A stretch of DNA of 64,000 nucleotides from Patescibacteria group bacterium (GTDB taxonomy: Bacteria > Patescibacteriota > Patescibacteriia > CAIXNZ01), in the NCBI GenBank assembly GCA_041651155.1, contig JBAZJU010000008.1, forward strand, positions 1,932 through 65,931. Direction: 5' to 3'. Shown piece after piece: positions 58,505 to 64,000 of this stretch. A program made the position numbers and the translations under genes. The notes under the pieces are model-generated. The model worked only from the letters and a program-made list of their open reading frames with translations. It ran no database searches and had not been told where the DNA came from. Numbering within the stretch: position 1 is the first letter of the stretch; the number at the start of each line of letters is the position of its first letter.

Positions 58505-59155
58505 TTATTTTCTATTCAAACTTGCCAGCGCTCGTTTAATATCATTTGGCCGGCTCAAAGCTTCACCCATGGCTAAAATATTTGCGCCTGCATTAATAAT
58601 TTCCCCTGCATTTTCTAGATTAACTCCTCCATCAACTTCAATGTCCAATTTAGGATAAGCTTTTCTAATCTCTTTAATTTTATTTAAAACTTTAGGCTGA
58701 AATTTTTGTCCGCCCCACCCAGGTTCAACTCCTAAAATTAAAATCAAATCAAGAATTGGCAAAAATTTCTTAAAGATCTCAAACTTAGTTTCTGGATTAA
58801 CCGCCAAGCCAACCTTAATTTTGTGCTTTCTCAAATAATCAATCAGACCCAAAATTTTTTTATCATTTTTAACTGCCTCGTAATGAAAAAATATTTTTTT
58901 AACTTTTTTAAAATTTTGCCATTTTTTTATAACTTTTAACGGATCATTGACCATTAAATGCAATTCTAAATCAGCGCTAAAAATTAAGCTTTTTATCTTA
59001 TCAATATCGAAAAATGTTTTATTTTTTACAAATTCGCCATCTGCGCAGTCAATTTGCACTAAATCAAAATACTCATCCAGTTTTTCCAGTTTTGACTTAA
59101 ATTCTGCAAAAGATTGAGTTAATAACGTTGGAACTAGTTGTATCTTTTTTTTCAT
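58505..59155 (-). CDS. rpe: ribulose-phosphate 3-epimerase
   Basis: QID..DGEFV.N, ELHLMV..P, FHYE, V.PGWGGQKF, EVDGGVN; likely start MKKKIQ. Confidence 0.93.
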   Translation of the reverse strand: MKKKIQLVPTLLTQSFAEFKSKLEKLDEYFDLVQIDCADGEFVKNKTFFDIDKIKSLIFSADLELHLMVNDPLKVIKKWQNFKKVKKIFFHYEAVKNDKKILGLIDYLRKHKIKVGLAVNPETKFEIFKKFLPILDLILILGVEPGWGGQKFQPKVLNKIKEIRKAYPKLDIEVDGGVNLENAGEIINAGANILAMGEALSRPNDIKRALASLNRK

Positions 59156-59170
59156 GGATATAAAACCATT

Positions 59171-59208
59171 ATTTTCAGCCGAAGGCTGATCAGCCTCTGG
59201 CTGAAAAT
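59171..59208. repeat. double-hairpin palindrome overlapping the rpiB stop
   Basis: ATTTTCAGCCGAAGGCTGA-TCAGCCTCTGGCTGAAAAT. Confidence 0.8.
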
Positions 59209-59651
59209 TCCTTATTCTCAATTAGTTTAATTTTTCTCACTCGTCGTTGATGCCTGGCCGCTCTTGAAAAAGGCGTATTTAACCAGGTTTTAATAATTTT
59301 TTGAGCTAAATCTTTTTTTAAATTCCAGCCAGATAAGCACAAGACATTGGCATCATTATGTTCGCGTGACAAAACAGCATCATAGGTTTTATCAAGAGAG
59401 ACAGCTCTCACGCCTTTTACTTTATTAGCTACAATACAAACCCCAAAAGAACTGCCACAAATTAAAATCCCCCGATTTTGAGGATTTTTAGCCACAGCCT
59501 TGGCAACTTTATAACCGAATTCTGGATAATCATCATTTTTATCCAATTTAAAATTACCCAGATCAATAAATTTAATTTTTCGGGTTTGAAAATATTTTTT
59601 AATTTGTTCTTTGAGCTTAAATCCTGCGTGATCTGCTCCCAAATAAACCAT
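59190..59651 (-). CDS. rpiB: ribose-5-phosphate isomerase B
   Basis: GADHAG, DYP, ICGS, ANKVKGVRA, REHNDANVL, RH.RR. Confidence 0.95.
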   Translation of the reverse strand: MVYLGADHAGFKLKEQIKKYFQTRKIKFIDLGNFKLDKNDDYPEFGYKVAKAVAKNPQNRGILICGSSFGVCIVANKVKGVRAVSLDKTYDAVLSREHNDANVLCLSGWNLKKDLAQKIIKTWLNTPFSRAARHQRRVRKIKLIENKEFSARG

Positions 59652-59759
59652 TTGTCTAATTTTAAATTATAAATTTTTAATTTTTAATCAATTATTAAAT
59701 GACTAAATTTTAAATTATTCTTCCAATAATTAAAATTTTAAATTTAGACTTTAGCCTTT

Positions 59760-62204
59760 TCACAATTCAACTGTCTCCCCTTCATTAACTTTCTTTGCAT
59801 CCCCCAGCAAGTCAACTGACGGCATTTTTTCTTTTTTAGGCAGCTCCTCTTTCTTTACAATTTTAACTTCAGGTTCCTTCTTAACCTCCTTGCTTTTATC
59901 TATAGTGAGTTCTGGCTTAACTACTTTTATTTCCGACTCTTTTACTGGCTCTTTTGGTTTTTCCACTTTATTTTCAAGAGTTGGCTTCTTTTCCATATCC
60001 TCCCTAGCCTTTTTATCCACCATAGCTTTCCTGACTTCCGTAGCTTTTTTATCAGCCATAGCTTTAGCGTCGGCTGAAGCGTAGGAAGTAGCGGAGGTGG
60101 AGGCGAAGGAGGGCTTAATTGCCTCATTTTTAATTTCTGGCATTTTAATTTCTTTTGGTTTTTCTACGGGTTTTATCTCCACCTTAATCTTTGGGGTCTC
60201 AATTTTAGCTTTCTCTGGCTTTTCTAAAATAGGCTTGGCCGGTTCAGCTTTAACTTCTTGGACTTTCAACGCCTTAATCTCTGGCTTGAAAATTTCTTTT
60301 GGCTTGGCCATTGGTTTTATTTCTGCTTTAATTACAGGCTTTGACTCGGCCATGACTCTTGGTTTTTCAACTTTTTTTTCATCTTTCTTAATTTCTGGTT
60401 TATCTGGCTTCTCTGTCGGATTAGCTTTAATTTCCCATGGTTTAACTATTTCCTTTTTCCAAGCCTCGTCTTTTTGTTGCCCTTCTTCCCCTTTTTGCTC
60501 CTTTCTCCCGTTTTGCCCTTCTTTTATCGGCTTACCCCCAAAATCCACTGTTTGTTTTTTTATTTCAACCAAAGAAACGGGCGGCTTTTCAACCTTTTTA
60601 ATATCCTCCGAAGCCTTGGCGAAGGAGGACATTTTAATGTCACCGCGACGCGCTTTTTTCAAACAATCCTTACAATAAACTGGCCTAACATTATCAGGCT
60701 TAAATGGCACCTCAACTTCATTTCCGCAATTATAACAAAGAGCCTGATACTTTGGCCCGGTTGAAGATTTTGACATTTCTTCTTCATTTTTTTTGCCAAT
60801 AGGCCGTTCTTCTCTTCTACCTTCCTGTCTTTTGGCAAAAACATCAACTGTGACGCCTGACTCCCTATCTTTGTCAGTTAATTTTGCCTCGGCTTTGTTA
60901 CCAGAACTCCAGCGCATTATTTTATCTTCTACCACATCACGCGGTTTAGTATAGCGCTCACGCGAGGCACGAATAGCTTTTTCTTCATTACCCAAAGATT
61001 CGCCATAAACCGGGGGCAAGCCTTTGGCTGAAAAAGGCTCTGAGGTTACGCCATCAATCATCAACTTTGTATAAAAATTATATTTCGGCAAATTAACTAA
61101 ATCTTCTGGCAAAATATTTGGCGCAAATTCATTTTCCAAAAATTCAGCATCTTCTGCTCCCACGCGAAAACAAATAATGGTGCCCACATTGCCAAAAACA
61201 GCAGGCTTAACCACTTCACCCAGCTGTTCAATATATTGGTGGGCGATTATCAAGTTTAAACGGTATTTGCGGGCTTCTGATAAAATATTGGCAAAAGAAT
61301 CGGTAGCAAAATTTTGAAATTCATCCACATATAGGTAAAAATCTTTTCTGATATCTTCTTGAATATCAACACGGCTCATGGCTGATAATTGTATTTTAGT
61401 AACCATCATTGCGCCCAATAAAGCTGAAGCATCCTCGCCGATTCTGCCTTTAGATAAATTTAAAATTAAAATTTTCCCCTCATCCATGACCTTGCGCAAG
61501 TCAATTGATGATCTGACCTGTCCAACAATATTTCTGATTAAAGCAGTTGATAAAAACTGGCCGACCTTATTTTGAATAGGCGAAATAACCTCTTGCAAAA
61601 CGCGATCATTCCACTTAGTAAACTCATCCAGCCAAAAGGAGCGCACCACAGGATCCTGGACTTTATCTACTACTTTTTTACGATAAACCTTATCTACTAA
61701 AATGCGGTTAATCCCGAGCAAGGTGCTATCGGGATATTCTAACAAAGCCAAAATAGCATTGCGCAAAATATATTCCAAACGAGGCCCCCAAGAATCAGCC
61801 CACTGTTTTTTAAATACCCCGATCAAGCCTGAAGAAATTAAGTGCCGATATTCTGGCGCGACTTTTTCCAGCACATTGAAAGAAATGGGGAAATTAATAT
61901 CAGACGGATTAAAATAAATCACATCATTAATACGATTGGAAGGAATCCAACCCAGCATTTTTTCTGCGGTATCACCATGAGGATCAACATAACAAACGCC
62001 ATGCCCGGCAATAATATCAGAATAAACCATATTTTCAATCAAAGTGGTTTTGCCCATGCCGGTTTTTCCAATTACATAAACATGGCGCCTGCGGTCATCT
62101 ATTTTAATGCCAAAAACCCTTTCGCGATTTCTAAAAGTGGTCACCGCAAATGGCGTAACTCCGGCTTGCATTGCCTTATGCATTTGTAATCTTTCTTCTG
62201 ACAT
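59760..62204 (-). CDS. VirD4/TraD/HerA-like ATPase with a CxxC-x17-CxxC domain and long charged tail
   Basis: H.YVIGKTGMGKT, VDPHGD, LYVDEFQNF, LSEARKY; CYNCGNEVEVPFKP...PVYCKDC. Confidence 0.85.
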   Translation of the reverse strand: MSEERLQMHKAMQAGVTPFAVTTFRNRERVFGIKIDDRRRHVYVIGKTGMGKTTLIENMVYSDIIAGHGVCYVDPHGDTAEKMLGWIPSNRINDVIYFNPSDINFPISFNVLEKVAPEYRHLISSGLIGVFKKQWADSWGPRLEYILRNAILALLEYPDSTLLGINRILVDKVYRKKVVDKVQDPVVRSFWLDEFTKWNDRVLQEVISPIQNKVGQFLSTALIRNIVGQVRSSIDLRKVMDEGKILILNLSKGRIGEDASALLGAMMVTKIQLSAMSRVDIQEDIRKDFYLYVDEFQNFATDSFANILSEARKYRLNLIIAHQYIEQLGEVVKPAVFGNVGTIICFRVGAEDAEFLENEFAPNILPEDLVNLPKYNFYTKLMIDGVTSEPFSAKGLPPVYGESLGNEEKAIRASRERYTKPRDVVEDKIMRWSSGNKAEAKLTDKDRESGVTVDVFAKRQEGRREERPIGKKNEEEMSKSSTGPKYQALCYNCGNEVEVPFKPDNVRPVYCKDCLKKARRGDIKMSSFAKASEDIKKVEKPPVSLVEIKKQTVDFGGKPIKEGQNGRKEQKGEEGQQKDEAWKKEIVKPWEIKANPTEKPDKPEIKKDEKKVEKPRVMAESKPVIKAEIKPMAKPKEIFKPEIKALKVQEVKAEPAKPILEKPEKAKIETPKIKVEIKPVEKPKEIKMPEIKNEAIKPSFASTSATSYASADAKAMADKKATEVRKAMVDKKAREDMEKKPTLENKVEKPKEPVKESEIKVVKPELTIDKSKEVKKEPEVKIVKKEELPKKEKMPSVDLLGDAKKVNEGETVEL
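59994..60113 (+). repeat. four nested 30-nt hairpin elements, in frame within the CDS
   Basis: Parses exactly as 18+(18+(18+30+12)+12)+12 nt. Confidence 0.9.
60600..60629 (+). repeat. single 30-nt element, in frame (SSFAKASEDI)
   Basis: AATATCCTCCGAAGCCTTGGCGAAGGAGGA. Confidence 0.85.
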
Positions 62205-62207
62205 ATT

Positions 62208-63995
62208 TTAATCTATAAAAGGTAAATTCCCAGGAATCCCTGATTTTTCCTTGCCCTCAGTCCTGTCTGCCCCGGCCTTAGCAAAGGCAGAAGATTTACT
62301 CGTCTTGGCAGAGGCCGGAGCAAAGGATGATTTTTCTGCTTCAGTTTTATCAGCCTCTTTCAGCGGCGATTTCTTTGTATTTTTATCTTTAGTTTTTTTA
62401 TCAGCTTTTATTGCCTCCATCTCTGTTTTTTTAATCTTCTCTAATCTAACAGCATCTTCTTTGGCTACCTCTTTAAGCTTTTCTTCTCTGGCTGGCCTGC
62501 CTTTTTTAAACGCCTCCTTATCTTTGGCAAACTGCATTTCAAAAGTATCATTATCATAATCAAACGATGGAACAACCTGGGTCTTTTCAGCAATAACCTC
62601 GCTCACCTGCTTTGGCCTTGCGGCTTGAGTGGCAACACCAAACGGCAAATCAGCTGGCGCCGCTGCTTTTCTAAATTCAGTTTTTCTAAGCAATGGCGAT
62701 TTAACATACATGCTTGGGAAGTGCCATAAAGAAGCCAATTCTTCACTGCACATAGGCTTGGCAGGATCGCCCATGACCCCATCTCTTGAGATATAACCGC
62801 CCAATAGCCAGTTTCTTCTGGTATTGCGCCTATATTCAATTAAAATATACTGGGGCGCATTTGTCCCAGTAGGTTTTAAGTCTGGTTTTAAGCTGTTTGC
62901 ATTCATATCTGACCATTGTTTAATTACCCCAACCATGCCATTAACACCTAAAGATTTATTCATCTTGTCTTTTTCAGCGACATAAATATATCTTATCTTT
63001 GTATTAAAAGCTAATTTAGAAATTTTACGTTCAATTAGTTCAAGCTGTTCCTTTTGCCCAGGCGTTAAATTCATCATGCGAAAGGGCTGATCCTCTTTTT
63101 TATTATTACCAGTTTCATCGGTTGATGGTCCGAGTATCTGGTTAGAAAATTCGCTGGCAATACCTGTCCCCATTTCAGCCATCCCTCCCAAAATGCCCTT
63201 TTTTTTCTCTTCCGGCGGTATTTTTAAAATTTTATTTATAACCTTTTCTCCGCCTTCTCTGCCCCAATCTACAGCTAATGGTCTAATTAGAATCTGCAGC
63301 CACATCTGTTCGCCTGGACCAATCTGGCTCATATTTTCAAGCATCGCAGCCATGGGATCAACAAAAACCTCTGAAAATCTATGCTCAAATTTAGTATAAG
63401 TTTTAATCGGCAAGTAAACATTTTTATTACTTAACGTAAATTCACAGCCCCAAATATCATGGGTATCATTAGGATACCAACGCGGCACTGAATGAGTATA
63501 ATCTTCAACTTCTGTTATTTCAGCATCAGGAAACTGTGACCATACTGCTGCTTCCACTAAATTTCTCCAGTGGCTTGGAGTTCTAATTATAAACTGGACA
63601 TTGCCTTCAATGCTGACAATTTCGCACGAAAAGCTAAGCTGAAAAACGCCAACAATGTATTTTTCCCATTTATTAATGGTAGCATGAGCACCTTGCAAAT
63701 GGTCAAAAAAATTTTCCATGGCTTGGACGCTCTGCTCATTCATTTTTGGCACATCTATAGCCAAATAAGTCATTTTAACCGTTTGAGCAAACCACCTGTT
63801 CTGGATATAATCCATATATTCCGGAAAAATTAATTCTACTATAAATACATATACAATAAGCAGCCAACCCCAGTATTTAAACAAAAACAACCAGACCACT
63901 GCATAGGCAGTAGGCGCAGTCGTAAAATCATAAGCCACTTGATTTACAAATTGGCTAATGAAAGATATAATTGGACTTAAATCAATCACAAACAT
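62208..63995 (-). CDS. membrane-anchored partner of the VirD4/HerA-like ATPase
   Basis: N-terminal TM; LAI.VP......AME.FF, FS.EI, V.F.IR.P, QFPDAEI.EVEDY, PIKTY..F, EELASLWHFP. Confidence 0.75.
   Translation of the reverse strand: MFVIDLSPIISFISQFVNQVAYDFTTAPTAYAVVWLFLFKYWGWLLIVYVFIVELIFPEYMDYIQNRWFAQTVKMTYLAIDVPKMNEQSVQAMENFFDHLQGAHATINKWEKYIVGVFQLSFSCEIVSIEGNVQFIIRTPSHWRNLVEAAVWSQFPDAEITEVEDYTHSVPRWYPNDTHDIWGCEFTLSNKNVYLPIKTYTKFEHRFSEVFVDPMAAMLENMSQIGPGEQMWLQILIRPLAVDWGREGGEKVINKILKIPPEEKKKGILGGMAEMGTGIASEFSNQILGPSTDETGNNKKEDQPFRMMNLTPGQKEQLELIERKISKLAFNTKIRYIYVAEKDKMNKSLGVNGMVGVIKQWSDMNANSLKPDLKPTGTNAPQYILIEYRRNTRRNWLLGGYISRDGVMGDPAKPMCSEELASLWHFPSMYVKSPLLRKTEFRKAAAPADLPFGVATQAARPKQVSEVIAEKTQVVPSFDYDNDTFEMQFAKDKEAFKKGRPAREEKLKEVAKEDAVRLEKIKKTEMEAIKADKKTKDKNTKKSPLKEADKTEAEKSSFAPASAKTSKSSAFAKAGADRTEGKEKSGIPGNLPFID
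62262..62291 (+). repeat. 30-nt element in frame within the CDS tail
   Basis: CCTGTCTGCCCCGGCCTTAGCAAAGGCAGA, closely matches 3878-3907. Confidence 0.8.
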
Positions 63996-64000
63996 ATTGT

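Noticed and set aside
60097-60678. 193-aa plus-strand ORF and similar antisense ORFs (45146-45571, 48058-48411, 37322-37612, 15796-16125)
   Set aside because: Shadow frames opposite well-supported genes, with no motifs or RBS.
59760-63995. Complete conjugative type IV secretion system
   Set aside because: Only the ATPase and one partner are visible, with no relaxase or channel genes in the window (upstream context is cut off).

Overview
AT-rich 64-kb bacterial chromosome segment, almost entirely encoded on the minus strand. Gene content and style (split transketolase, short ATP synthase delta subunit, VirD4/HerA-like ATPase with its membrane partner, core genes mostly lacking Shine-Dalgarno motifs) suggest a Patescibacteria/CPR (Parcubacteria-like) genome; this is an inference. 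Core blocks: mrdA(partial)-mreD-mreC-mreB, proS, DciA-like gene, UvrD-nuclease, rlmN, a complete F1Fo atp operon, tatD, metG, rsmI and a non-oxidative pentose-phosphate cluster. No rRNA, tRNA or CRISPR array was recognised. Three features stand out. (1) A 15-kb secreted-protein cluster (7.2-22.2 kb) has five proteins ending in a pilin/WxL-like domain, a membrane-anchored DUF916/PapD-like protein, a putative donor-strand membrane anchor and an adjacent cohesin/dockerin pair; it is a candidate usher-less surface fibre system. (2) A family of 30-nt hairpin elements inserts into itself at a fixed position (a four-level nested stack at 59994-60113) and in frame into proteins; other nested REP-like families and a RAYT-type HUH transposase carrying an internal 36-bp palindrome are also present. 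(3) Two GxxExxY nuclease-fold genes are each bracketed by inverted arrays of a CACNGAT heptamer, and gene-less ~80-bp versions of the same architecture occur elsewhere. Several unannotated small ORFs with canonical expression signals were also found.
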